Positions 9,515 through 18,317 of a DNA stretch of 64,000 nucleotides are shown here, piece by piece. This DNA is from a virus (Duplodnaviria > Caudoviricetes). A model generated the notes under the pieces. It searched no databases. It had not been told where the DNA came from and was given only the letters and a program-made list of their open reading frames with translations. The translations under genes were made by a program, and so were the position numbers. Positions within the stretch are counted from its first letter, which is position 1. Every line of letters begins with the position of its first letter. The stretch spans positions 1 to 64,000 of the IMG/VR virus record IMGVR_UViG_3300032030_000033; one strand, given 5' to 3'.

Positions 9515-9542
9515 AAAAAAGGCTGGGTATTTAACCCAGCCT
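9515..9542 (-). terminator. Rho-independent terminator
   Basis: AGGCTGGGT-ATTTA-ACCCAGCCT stem with T tract on the minus strand. Confidence 0.8.
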
Positions 9543-9562
9543 GTAATAAACCATTTAATAAA

Positions 9563-10648
9563 TTAGAAACTTAAGAGTTCTACACACTCTTTAACTGTTC
9601 CTACGTCTGTCGTTCCAGAATCTTTAGAAGTATCCAAAGCGTCTTTCAAAGCATTAATTTTTGCTACTAATTTTTCATCAGTAATTTTTTCAAGTGCTTT
9701 ATCAAGTGCTGATTTTAAAGCGTCTATGTCTTTATCCGAAGTTTCAAGAGAAGCGTCTGAATCTCCAGCACCTTCTTCTTCTCCCTCTTCTTCATACAAA
9801 GTTTTCATATCTGATAGATACTCATCTTCTGAAACAATGTCTTTAATGCTTTCAAGAATTGTTGCTTTGTTTTCATAAAGTTCTTTATCGCTAACCAATG
9901 TTAAACCAACAAATTCTTTAAATTCTACACCCTCTAATGCAAGAATTGATGAATTATTTGAAAGAAGTTCTGTCATAGAATAATCATCGCCTTCCATAAG
10001 ATCTCTTGCTGCACTAATGAAGTTTTCTTTAAATTCTTTATTTTTTGAAAGCATTGCAGCTTTTGATTTAGCATTAGAAACAATTGTTCTATCTGCATCT
10101 TCGTCAATAAGTGAAACTCTTATAGGGTTTTCCCAGTCAAAAAACTTAATAGAATTAGTAGGTGATTCCATAAGGTATTCTTTATATCTATTAAAGAAAG
10201 GCTTTTCTGTGATTTCTTCTAGCTCTTCATTAATTCCATAAAGCTCTGTATAATCTATAACATCATTTCTTTTTGATGCTAGAGCTTCTACGATACTATC
10301 GTTTAGTTCTGTGTTCATTGCTTCTGAATCATTTTCATAAGCTTCTGCAATTAAAGCAACGTCATAATTATCATCTTTAAAATAATTATTAATTGCTTCG
10401 TTAAGCTGTGAATTGTCGTTAACAATATCAACATTTTCATAGTTTTCGATTGTAAGAACTTTACCATCAAAGTTATAATCTGCTAAGTAAATAGCACCAC
10501 TATTATGGTCTGCTAAAAGAAGTTTATCGTTATAACTTTCAAGAAGAACCGCATTAGCAGATTCGTTAATCAAAGAGCGGCAAAGTTTTTCCAGATTTTT
10601 GTTACTGTATAGAATATAATTTGACAACTTACTGTTTGTAATCTCCAT
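9563..10648 (-). CDS. Acidic putative prohead scaffold/core protein
   Basis: Very acidic and helical, several (L/I)-x-E sites (LINES, LLES, INEE, LMES); downstream of portal; late motif plus SD. Confidence 0.4.
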   Translation of the reverse strand: MEITNSKLSNYILYSNKNLEKLCRSLINESANAVLLESYNDKLLLADHNSGAIYLADYNFDGKVLTIENYENVDIVNDNSQLNEAINNYFKDDNYDVALIAEAYENDSEAMNTELNDSIVEALASKRNDVIDYTELYGINEELEEITEKPFFNRYKEYLMESPTNSIKFFDWENPIRVSLIDEDADRTIVSNAKSKAAMLSKNKEFKENFISAARDLMEGDDYSMTELLSNNSSILALEGVEFKEFVGLTLVSDKELYENKATILESIKDIVSEDEYLSDMKTLYEEEGEEEGAGDSDASLETSDKDIDALKSALDKALEKITDEKLVAKINALKDALDTSKDSGTTDVGTVKECVELLSF

Positions 10649-10687
10649 TGTATAATCTCCTAAATTACTATAAAATTAACTTATATC

Positions 10688-10715
10688 TTGACAAAAAAGA
10701 ATCGCGAAATATAAT
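10688..10715 (+). promoter_or_regulatory. Sigma70-type promoter, leaderless
   Basis: TTGACA-16-TATAAT then 6 nt to ATG at 10722. Confidence 0.7.
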
Positions 10716-10721
10716 TTATTT

Positions 10722-10955
10722 ATGACTCGTGAAATAACATTAGAAGAAATACCAGAAATACATAGAAACACCCTAGCAGCTGCCGCTGCTCAAATAATAA
10801 AAAAACGCGGAACTTCTGCTTATGTTTCCGTACCCTCTGAAAGGCAAAACTTTTATTACATTCTTTGGGCTGGGCTAAATGCAGACCAGCAACTAGAAGA
10901 ATGTTATTTTTTATCAAATGATTTTGTTAGTCGAAATGTTTTAATTAACCGTTAA
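10722..10955 (+). CDS. Hypothetical early protein, opposite to the late strand
   Basis: Fills the gap between minus-strand genes and has its own consensus promoter. Confidence 0.65.
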   Translation: MTREITLEEIPEIHRNTLAAAAAQIIKKRGTSAYVSVPSERQNFYYILWAGLNADQQLEECYFLSNDFVSRNVLINR

Positions 10956-11375
10956 TTTTTCTAATGTTTTGATTAAATCAATAGATTTTCGTTTTACAAC
11001 ATTAAATCTTCCCTTGATAACATCAAGTTTTTCAATTTCAAAATCTTTTCTAAACTCTTCTTTTATTGATAAATTTTCAACAACAATTTTATTGTCATTA
11101 ACTGCTTTTACTGATAAAATGTCACCCCTTTCCAAATCCTTATAAATTTGAACAAGTTTTGACTTATCTTTTTTTAGCATCTCCTTGCTTTCTCTTGAAG
11201 TTGCAAACGGTGCCGTCATTTCAACACCTTCCAAAATAATGTTTTTTATTTCTCTCTTTTCGCTGGATTTTGGGTATTCCGTCCTTAAAGTTTCAATAAT
11301 GTCTCCTTCTTCTATGATTGGCAATTGCTTTTCGAGACGGTTTAAAATTTCGCAAATTGTATTTTTACTTTTCAT
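10941..11375 (-). CDS. Hypothetical protein, coupled to portal
   Basis: Starts 1 nt after the portal stop; 144 aa. Confidence 0.65.
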   Translation of the reverse strand: MKSKNTICEILNRLEKQLPIIEEGDIIETLRTEYPKSSEKREIKNIILEGVEMTAPFATSRESKEMLKKDKSKLVQIYKDLERGDILSVKAVNDNKIVVENLSIKEEFRKDFEIEKLDVIKGRFNVVKRKSIDLIKTLEKLTVN

Positions 11376-11376
11376 A

Positions 11377-13365
11377 TTATTTTAATTTCTTTGTTATTTC
11401 CTCTGTTATTAATCTTGATGACTTCTTAGAAGATGGACCAGTTCTTTTCTTTGGTTTACCATAAACTGAAAACTCTTTGTCAGTAAAGTTTAAACCTCCA
11501 AGCTCATTTTCATAATAGATAGAAGAAGCAACAGTATTAGTAGTTTCAGTAGAATCTTCAATTAATAAATCCTTTACTTTATTTAGGAATTCATTATTTG
11601 ACAAACTTTCTTCTACCAGCTGCTTTTCTTTCTGCTCTGCTACGCTTTTTTTATATTCTTCCAAAGCTGTCATTAATTTAGAATAATCTTCTTTATGCTC
11701 AATCAAGACATCTTTTCCAAATACTTTTACCATTTTTTCTGGTGTAAGTTCTTCAGTAACAACAGACATTGCTGGCATTGGAGCGGCTGGCATTCCACCC
11801 ATACCTATATCTCCACCCATTGGGGCTACTGGCATTCCACTCATATCTCCACCCATACCATTTTGCATAGCTGCTAACGAAGAGGCTTCTATATCTCTTT
11901 GAAGGTTTATATCTGCAATTTCCTTCTTTGACATTTTCATTACATATTTTAGAATAAAATCTTTTGGGAATAATTGTGTTCCAAGCATTGCAGAAATAAG
12001 GGTGATTTTTTGATTAAGGTATTCTATATCCATAATCTCTTTAACGTTTGAAGGAGGTGTTAATTCAAGTCTAAAATTTTTTAAATCCGCTTTTCTTTTT
12101 TTCTTGAAGAAAAGTTCAATAGCTGCAATTTTTGTAAGACCTTCTTCTATATAATACTGAATACGCTCAACAAATCTCGCAAATTTAACATCCTGCATAG
12201 CAAGAGAACCCTTTCCTGCCATAGAACCACCCTGGTCTGACGTAAAGCCTAAATACTCTGGTGGAATGTTGAGTGTCCATAAAAGCTCATCTCTAAAATG
12301 TCTAATGTCATCAATGTTATTTAAAGCAGTTCCTGGAGCAAGTGTTGTGATTTCTGTTCCCGCCTGTCCCTCTCTTGACATAACGAAATAATCTTGTGTC
12401 AAAGACAAAGCAGCTGCTTGCTTATTAATTCTTCCTTTATCATCCATTATTTGTGTAGAACGATAACTATCTCTAATTTTTGCAACTGCCCTATTTGCTT
12501 CACTTGTAGAAAGGTTTCCAACATCAATTTTAAAAACGTGTCTTTCTGGAACACGAGCAATACGATAAATCATCATGGCGTCTTCAAGCATTGTATATCT
12601 TCTATATGTTTGAATACCTGGATCTAGTAAAGAGCCGCCATATGGGGCAAATTTTTTATTTGCTATTTTAAAATGAATTATTTGCCAAGGTTGTAGCTTG
12701 TAAATTACTTCTTCTTGTTGCTTTTTATTATCTACACCTGTAGCATAATCATTATTAGAATCCAATGTTGTTTTATATGTATAGAAAGCAAGCTTTCCAT
12801 TTTTTTCAATTCTGTTTACTTTATGTGGTTCAAGATACCTAATTCTTGCAACCATTGTTGGGTGCTCATAATCATCTGGAATTACCTCATAAAAGTTATC
12901 ACCTTTTTTTGCAGTTTCAAAAATAATAGACCAAAGCTCTTTATTGAGATTTAATCTTTCGTGGAATAACTCTTCAAGAATGTCCTTTATATCTTCATCA
13001 TCTGAGTATACTTTTACAGTATCTCCATCTGTGTTTTTTTGACATGCATCGTCTGCTATTACTTGCAACCCTCTATGAAGAAAAGGACAAGAGTCCATTT
13101 CTTCAAAAGTTTCATAGTAATTATATCTATTTTCCTGAACGCCTTCGCCAGTTGTTAAAACATTATTTTGCTGACCGTAAGCATCTCCAAAATATTGATT
13201 TTCATAACCACTATAAGAATTAAGTGTTTGATTTAGTTCTTTTAAATCTTTTGGGGAAACCTCTATTTTTGCTGTTTCTGGAACCTCTTGCTGTAAATCT
13301 ATCTTCTTTTGAATTACTTGCGCAGCTCTATAATTTATGTTAACCTCTTTGCCATCTATAATCAT
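11377..13365 (-). CDS. gp20: Portal vertex protein (T4 gp20-like)
   Basis: MLEDAMMIYRIARVPERHVFKIDVGNL, QDYF..REG..GTEITTL.PG, IDDIRHFRDEL..LNIP, QDVKFARFVERIQ. Confidence 0.95.
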   Translation of the reverse strand: MIIDGKEVNINYRAAQVIQKKIDLQQEVPETAKIEVSPKDLKELNQTLNSYSGYENQYFGDAYGQQNNVLTTGEGVQENRYNYYETFEEMDSCPFLHRGLQVIADDACQKNTDGDTVKVYSDDEDIKDILEELFHERLNLNKELWSIIFETAKKGDNFYEVIPDDYEHPTMVARIRYLEPHKVNRIEKNGKLAFYTYKTTLDSNNDYATGVDNKKQQEEVIYKLQPWQIIHFKIANKKFAPYGGSLLDPGIQTYRRYTMLEDAMMIYRIARVPERHVFKIDVGNLSTSEANRAVAKIRDSYRSTQIMDDKGRINKQAAALSLTQDYFVMSREGQAGTEITTLAPGTALNNIDDIRHFRDELLWTLNIPPEYLGFTSDQGGSMAGKGSLAMQDVKFARFVERIQYYIEEGLTKIAAIELFFKKKRKADLKNFRLELTPPSNVKEIMDIEYLNQKITLISAMLGTQLFPKDFILKYVMKMSKKEIADINLQRDIEASSLAAMQNGMGGDMSGMPVAPMGGDIGMGGMPAAPMPAMSVVTEELTPEKMVKVFGKDVLIEHKEDYSKLMTALEEYKKSVAEQKEKQLVEESLSNNEFLNKVKDLLIEDSTETTNTVASSIYYENELGGLNFTDKEFSVYGKPKKRTGPSSKKSSRLITEEITKKLK

Positions 13366-13384
13366 TGATTTCTTCCTTGTAAAA

Positions 13385-13391
13385 TTAACTT
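13385..13391 (-). promoter_or_regulatory. Putative late promoter AAGTTAA for portal (SD-led class)
   Basis: Motif, then AAGGAAG, ATG 19 nt downstream. Confidence 0.7.
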
Positions 13392-13395
13392 AGTT

Positions 13396-13953
13396 TCAGT
13401 CATCGGTTCCTTCTATAATTTCTCCGTTATTTGTGGCGCTTTCATCAATTTCTTGTTTAATTTCTACAGGTTTTATATTGTTTTCGTCATTTTCTAAATC
13501 ATTTACATTATTATTTTCAATTTTTGTTAAATCTAGGGGAGTTTCTTCAACAGGTTTGTTTTTTTCAGCCATAGTTCTTGTTGTGAATGTAATATAATCT
13601 GGATTATGTTCCTTTTGATAATAATGGTCATCAGCTGATAAAAGACGTTCAACCCATAATTCTTTATTAAAGTTAAACTCTTCATTGTTAGATTGCAAGC
13701 TGTCTAAGTATTCTGCAGCTTGTTTAAACAATCCGAAATCTACTAATACCCCAACAGTTGCAAAAGGCATAACTAACTGATAATCATATTCAAATGTTCC
13801 TATTGCATCACCCATACAATCTTTAAAATAATTTTTTATATAATTATTCCAACTTAAACCAATTAGTTGATTTGCATAATAAGCATTCTTTCTTTCTGTG
13901 GAAGATTTTGTGTCAAAATTTCCTTTTAGATATTCTTCTCTATTAAATTGCAT
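13396..13953 (-). CDS. Hypothetical protein (possible fibre assembly chaperone)
   Basis: Last gene of the 16449-13396 late operon of beta-rich proteins. Confidence 0.5.
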   Translation of the reverse strand: MQFNREEYLKGNFDTKSSTERKNAYYANQLIGLSWNNYIKNYFKDCMGDAIGTFEYDYQLVMPFATVGVLVDFGLFKQAAEYLDSLQSNNEEFNFNKELWVERLLSADDHYYQKEHNPDYITFTTRTMAEKNKPVEETPLDLTKIENNNVNDLENDENNIKPVEIKQEIDESATNNGEIIEGTDD

Positions 13954-14997
13954 TTATTCCTCCTCAATTGTTTGAACCTTTATAGAAAAAGTTTGATAAC
14001 TACTTTGTATATCTTGTGTTGAAAAGTATTCCCCAGGCTCCCCAACGGTTCTAAAACTTATTGGTGGTGAGATTTTTTCAGCAACATCTTCATTATTAAA
14101 ACCCATTAGGTTTATAGTTGAATTATTTGAAAAAACACCAATATAGTATTCGTATTCCCCAGTTAGCTCATCTTCGTTTACAAAAGTAATTGCTTTTTTT
14201 TGCGAATTGCTTGTATCAGTTTGAGCCACCAATCTAAAAGCGTTTGTTCCTTGAATTCTTCTATAAATTTTTACCTTACAATTTACATTATTTTCATTAA
14301 TTATGCCTAAAACAACTTGGGTGTTTAGAGTCATTTTAAACTTTCCATAAAAATTTAACCTTGTAAAATATGTATAGCCACTTACACCTGAAAAATAAGA
14401 ATTATCTCTGGCCGCAGTTGCCTGAGAAAATGTTTCAACTTCTGATAAGAATGTTTCAGAATGGTTTATTTTTAAAATTAATTTTTTTATAGTTTTTGGC
14501 TCCAATGTTTCTATTAATAAACTATAAATTCTAATTGCACCGCCTTTTGAAGCAATTATAAAATCTTTATCGCCAGAAGTGGTGAAAACTGCAATTTTTG
14601 CGCCACCACCTGGACTAATTGTTACTGTGCTTAACTCTTTGTTATCTACAGTTTTTAAAATCAAGTCTCTACTATTTTCATTAGAAGTAGAACTAGCATA
14701 AATTGTTATTTTTAGTGTTCCAGTATTTTTTATTCTAAATATATCATTAGAGTTTTGAACTTGCAAAAACCTACCAGTAGCAACATAAGAATTTGCAGTT
14801 GCTACAAAAACAACCCCAGCACTTAAATACTTTCCATAATTATTATCCAAAGAAGTAGAAAAACCATAGTTTACATTTGCAAAATCATAACTTTCATTTT
14901 GCTCGACTGGAACATCCATTACTTCTTTTGTAAGGTTTTTTACATTTATTGCGTCATATAAATAATTAAATCTACCAGAATCTTCATCAGTTTTCAT
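13954..14997 (-). CDS. Beta-rich virion surface / carbohydrate-binding-like protein
   Basis: GTLKITIYASS..GGAIRIYSL jelly-roll-like segment; C-terminal domain (YYIGV..LMGF) resembles that of 15009..16226 (YYIGI..MMGY). Confidence 0.45.
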   Translation of the reverse strand: MKTDEDSGRFNYLYDAINVKNLTKEVMDVPVEQNESYDFANVNYGFSTSLDNNYGKYLSAGVVFVATANSYVATGRFLQVQNSNDIFRIKNTGTLKITIYASSTSNENSRDLILKTVDNKELSTVTISPGGGAKIAVFTTSGDKDFIIASKGGAIRIYSLLIETLEPKTIKKLILKINHSETFLSEVETFSQATAARDNSYFSGVSGYTYFTRLNFYGKFKMTLNTQVVLGIINENNVNCKVKIYRRIQGTNAFRLVAQTDTSNSQKKAITFVNEDELTGEYEYYIGVFSNNSTINLMGFNNEDVAEKISPPISFRTVGEPGEYFSTQDIQSSYQTFSIKVQTIEEE

Positions 14998-15008
14998 TTT
15001 TTACCTAC

Positions 15009-16226
15009 TTATTTTGTTATAGAATAATAAACATAAAAAGCTCCGTTGTTTATCAAATCGCTTGCATTTAATGTAATCAGAGGGTCGTTCATATCAATAT
15101 GTCTAGTAGAATAAACATTAAACGGTGGAGTTATCTCAATGTCCTGAGCTGCCCAGGCTCTATAGCCCATCATTTTGGCCCAGTCTGTTGTTACTGCCGT
15201 TCCAGCAATTCCAATATAATACCTTTCACCAGCTTTTATTTTCTCAACCGCATGCTCGCAAAGTGCTTGAATTTTGTTATTATTTCTTACGGCATTCATA
15301 TTAAATAATTCTGAGTAAGCAATAACAGTTGCAGAATTATCTGGATTAATTTTAAAAATTAAAAACCTGCAATTTGTCATATTGCCCTCTGAAGAATAAG
15401 CAGTAAAAATAGAGTGGCCTTCGGCAAATGAAAATCCGTTAGAAGGGATAAAAGAACTACCTATAAGTGTAATAGAACCAGATTGGTAAGTTGGAACATC
15501 TTCACCTTGTATACTTGCTAATGGCAAAGTTTCCAAGTAATCAGTTTCGAAATCTGCAGGAGAATATGAAATTAGTATTTGCTTTTCTTCACTTTCTGGG
15601 TCAAAAGCGATTTTAATACCAGAACCTTCTGTTGTAGCTATTTTATTAATTAAATAATCTGGTTCTTCATCTGTAAAGTCTACTGCTACTTTATCGCCGT
15701 TTCCGTTTGCTGTTACGTGTAGTGTTACTTTGCTTAAACCATCATAGTTTTCTGGATCAAAAGTATATTCATAATCTCCACCTTCTTCTATATCTTCTTC
15801 TATTTCTTGAAGTGTTGGTTCTACATGAAGTGTTATATCATCAAACCCATCATAATCTACTCTGTCGTAATTAAAGGTATAGTCTCCGCTTCTTGTAATT
15901 GTTTCTTCAAACTCTTGAAGTGTTGGGATAAATTCAACTTCTATCTCTTGTATGCCATCATGAGCTGTTGGGTCGAATGTCCAAGTATATACACCTTTTC
16001 TTGTAATTGTATCTTGCAAAGAGTTGTTAAATACTGGTATTGCTTCACGCCATTCTTTTTGCGAACTCATTATATAAAATTTACCATTTGAGATAGAAAA
16101 AGCGCGGCAACCAATTATTTCATCTTCTTTTGCTGATAAAGCTTCTAAATCATCCAAGTTGTCAATAACATAACAATTTAGTTTACCATGAAATGTTTTT
16201 ACCTGTTTTAATAAATTATATGCCAT
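15009..16226 (-). CDS. Virion surface fibre/decoration protein with three ~37-aa internal repeats
   Basis: Repeats of LQ....I...G.Y....D....DG...I/V...V; N-terminal domain shared with 16228..16449. Confidence 0.5.
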   Translation of the reverse strand: MAYNLLKQVKTFHGKLNCYVIDNLDDLEALSAKEDEIIGCRAFSISNGKFYIMSSQKEWREAIPVFNNSLQDTITRKGVYTWTFDPTAHDGIQEIEVEFIPTLQEFEETITRSGDYTFNYDRVDYDGFDDITLHVEPTLQEIEEDIEEGGDYEYTFDPENYDGLSKVTLHVTANGNGDKVAVDFTDEEPDYLINKIATTEGSGIKIAFDPESEEKQILISYSPADFETDYLETLPLASIQGEDVPTYQSGSITLIGSSFIPSNGFSFAEGHSIFTAYSSEGNMTNCRFLIFKINPDNSATVIAYSELFNMNAVRNNNKIQALCEHAVEKIKAGERYYIGIAGTAVTTDWAKMMGYRAWAAQDIEITPPFNVYSTRHIDMNDPLITLNASDLINNGAFYVYYSITK

Positions 16227-16227
16227 A

Positions 16228-16449
16228 TTACATCTCCCAATAGTCTATAAATCTATTTACAGGTGTCCAATTATCCTTTGAATCTAAAACGTAAGATTTT
16301 CCTTCTTCTATACAATTTGCAATACTACCCTGAACGCAAGAAGGATCAGTTGTTGAGTTTGGTAAATCAGCTATATCGTCTTTTGTATCTATGTCAAAAA
16401 TAAGAACTGGTCCTTTAAACGTTTGTATTTTTTTTATTAAGTTTCTCAT
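16228..16449 (-). CDS. Small virion-associated protein, standalone copy of the N-terminal domain of 15009..16226
   Basis: NLIKKIQTFKG...DTKDDIADL...GSIANCIEEGKSYVLDSKDNW vs NLLKQVKTFHG...DNLDDLEAL...GCRAFSISNGKFYIMSSQKEW. Confidence 0.6.
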   Translation of the reverse strand: MRNLIKKIQTFKGPVLIFDIDTKDDIADLPNSTTDPSCVQGSIANCIEEGKSYVLDSKDNWTPVNRFIDYWEM

Positions 16450-16463
16450 AGAGTTAACTTAAC

Positions 16464-17330
16464 TTACTCTATTTCTCTACCGTGTTCTTTGAAAAAATCT
16501 TTTAAAATTTTTTCGTCTTTTATATCTTTATTAAATTGAACAATTTCTTCAGAAATACCCCTCACAAGAATAAAATGAACTTTTATTCCATACTTTTTCC
16601 AATAATCTTCCATTAGAGGAACTTCTTCAGCGTTTGAAGGTTGTATGACAACATTAATATTTTCAAGTATGCCATATTTTTTTAACAATATAGTGTTATT
16701 AACAACTTTATCAAAATCTCCACCAATTCTTATTTTGTCATAAGTTTCTTTTGTTATCGCATCGTTAGAAACTATGACACAAATTTTTATTTCTAGGCTG
16801 CTAAGAAACTTAATATCCTCTTCATTAATTAACATTCCATTTGTTATTATAAGCACTGATTCGAAGTCATCTTTTGTTAATGATTTTAAATAATTAAAAG
16901 TTTCTTCTTTTTTTAAAAAGGGCTCACCATGTGAGTTAAGTATTAATCTTTTCAATTTATTTCCCTTTACTTTTTCCAGCAACTTAAAATACAAAGAAAA
17001 ATTTCCAGGCGCAGCTGTTCTAAAGGCACCACACATTTTACAATTAAGATTGCATCCATAAACATTTATTTTTATAGTATCTAAATTAAAATCTTCAAAT
17101 ATACACTCTGTTTTACCATTGCAAGCTGTTTTATCAGTAGTATCAAAGTTTATTGTTTTTTTGTAACACATCAGCTTATTTATTGTTCCTACAATATTTT
17201 CAGATTCCAGTAATAAATTTGCTGGAATTTTTAAAAGGTTTTCGCATAAGCAACACTTACCTAATGATATTTTGTTGTCAGCAGTTATTGATAAAAAAGC
17301 AGTTCTTTCCTCTTCGCATTCTTTCTTCAT
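16464..17330 (-). CDS. Radical SAM enzyme
   Basis: CNLNCKMC, GEPF, ITNG, SNDA..ETYDKIRIGGDFDKV; extra N-terminal Cys residues (CCLC). Confidence 0.9.
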   Translation of the reverse strand: MKKECEEERTAFLSITADNKISLGKCCLCENLLKIPANLLLESENIVGTINKLMCYKKTINFDTTDKTACNGKTECIFEDFNLDTIKINVYGCNLNCKMCGAFRTAAPGNFSLYFKLLEKVKGNKLKRLILNSHGEPFLKKEETFNYLKSLTKDDFESVLIITNGMLINEEDIKFLSSLEIKICVIVSNDAITKETYDKIRIGGDFDKVVNNTILLKKYGILENINVVIQPSNAEEVPLMEDYWKKYGIKVHFILVRGISEEIVQFNKDIKDEKILKDFFKEHGREIE

Positions 17331-17339
17331 AAGTTTAAC

Positions 17340-17368
17340 TTGACAAAAAAATGTATATTATTTATAAT
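17340..17368 (+). promoter_or_regulatory. Consensus sigma70 promoter, overlapping a divergent late motif
   Basis: TTGACA-17-TATAAT followed by AAGGAG SD. Confidence 0.85.
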
Positions 17369-17386
17369 TTTTAAAAGGAGATAGCA

Positions 17387-17569
17387 ATGGAAGAAAACGA
17401 ATATGTATTTAAGTTGTCAGTTAACGAGGTTAATAGATTAATAAACGCATTAAATGATCAAACAAACAGAGTTGTTTCAAAACTGCAAACTCAATTCGCA
17501 GAGCAACAGCCAAGGAAGATAGAAGATGAGAATGAGCTTCTAATGGAGGATAACAATGGCAACGCTTAA
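17387..17569 (+). CDS. Small coiled-coil hypothetical protein
   Basis: Strong SD, promoter, overlap with next gene. Confidence 0.7.
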   Translation: MEENEYVFKLSVNEVNRLINALNDQTNRVVSKLQTQFAEQQPRKIEDENELLMEDNNGNA

Positions 17570-18284
17570 TGAAATAAACATTAGCAAAAATTTTGAAAAT
17601 TACTCTCAAAGAAATAATGAGCTATTGTCACATGTTAGCTGCGGACCAACTAACATGATACAAGCTCTTGAATATGCAGGGTGGGAGTGGAACAACAAGC
17701 AATTTCCAGAATTAAAACAACCAGAAGACAAACTTTTAAAATTTACCAGAACCAATGAAAATGTTTTAAAATACTACGAAAAAAAATATAAAAATATGTA
17801 TAGAAACTGGGTTGAAGAAGCAAAATCTTTGCAAAAAGAAGGTCAAGAATTGTGGGAAGTAGATTGTAAAAAATCATATCCACCAAACGAAATTCATGAT
17901 GTCATGAATTTCGCAACAAACGCTTTTCTTGGTTATACAGAAGAAAATATAAATAATAAACATTATGCTACATATTTATCAAACACTTTTCACATAGCTA
18001 CTGTTCTCATGCAGCTTGAAATTGGACTACCTGTTGTAACTTCTGTAAGGTTCGGCGGTTTTGGGCATTATATTACTATTGTTGGTTGTCAATGGAAAGG
18101 TAAGTATTTAACACCAGACACCGTTGTAAATTTTATTATTGATAACACATATGGAAGATTTAATTTTAAAACGGAACAATATGAAAATGTAAGCGGAAAC
18201 GATAATTTAATTTCAAAAGAAGAATTGCTGTCAAGAGCAAGACCAGTAATGCATTTATTTAGATCAGGGGCTTTAACTATGTAA
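17556..18284 (+). CDS. Peptidase C39-like cysteine peptidase
   Basis: YSQR...SCGPT (Cys), GHYITIVG (His), IIDNTYG; GGAGG SD. Confidence 0.8.
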   Translation: MATLNEINISKNFENYSQRNNELLSHVSCGPTNMIQALEYAGWEWNNKQFPELKQPEDKLLKFTRTNENVLKYYEKKYKNMYRNWVEEAKSLQKEGQELWEVDCKKSYPPNEIHDVMNFATNAFLGYTEENINNKHYATYLSNTFHIATVLMQLEIGLPVVTSVRFGGFGHYITIVGCQWKGKYLTPDTVVNFIIDNTYGRFNFKTEQYENVSGNDNLISKEELLSRARPVMHLFRSGALTM

Positions 18285-18288
18285 TAAT

Positions 18289-18312
18289 AAAGCCCCGAAA
18301 TTCGGGGCTTTT
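18289..18312. terminator. Bidirectional terminator between convergent genes
   Basis: AAAGCCCCGAA-A-TTCGGGGCTTTT. Confidence 0.85.
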
Positions 18313-18317
18313 GTTTA

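Noticed and set aside
10720-10917. Minus-strand 65-aa ORF
   Set aside because: Overlaps the plus-strand ORF that has a consensus promoter and more protein-like composition
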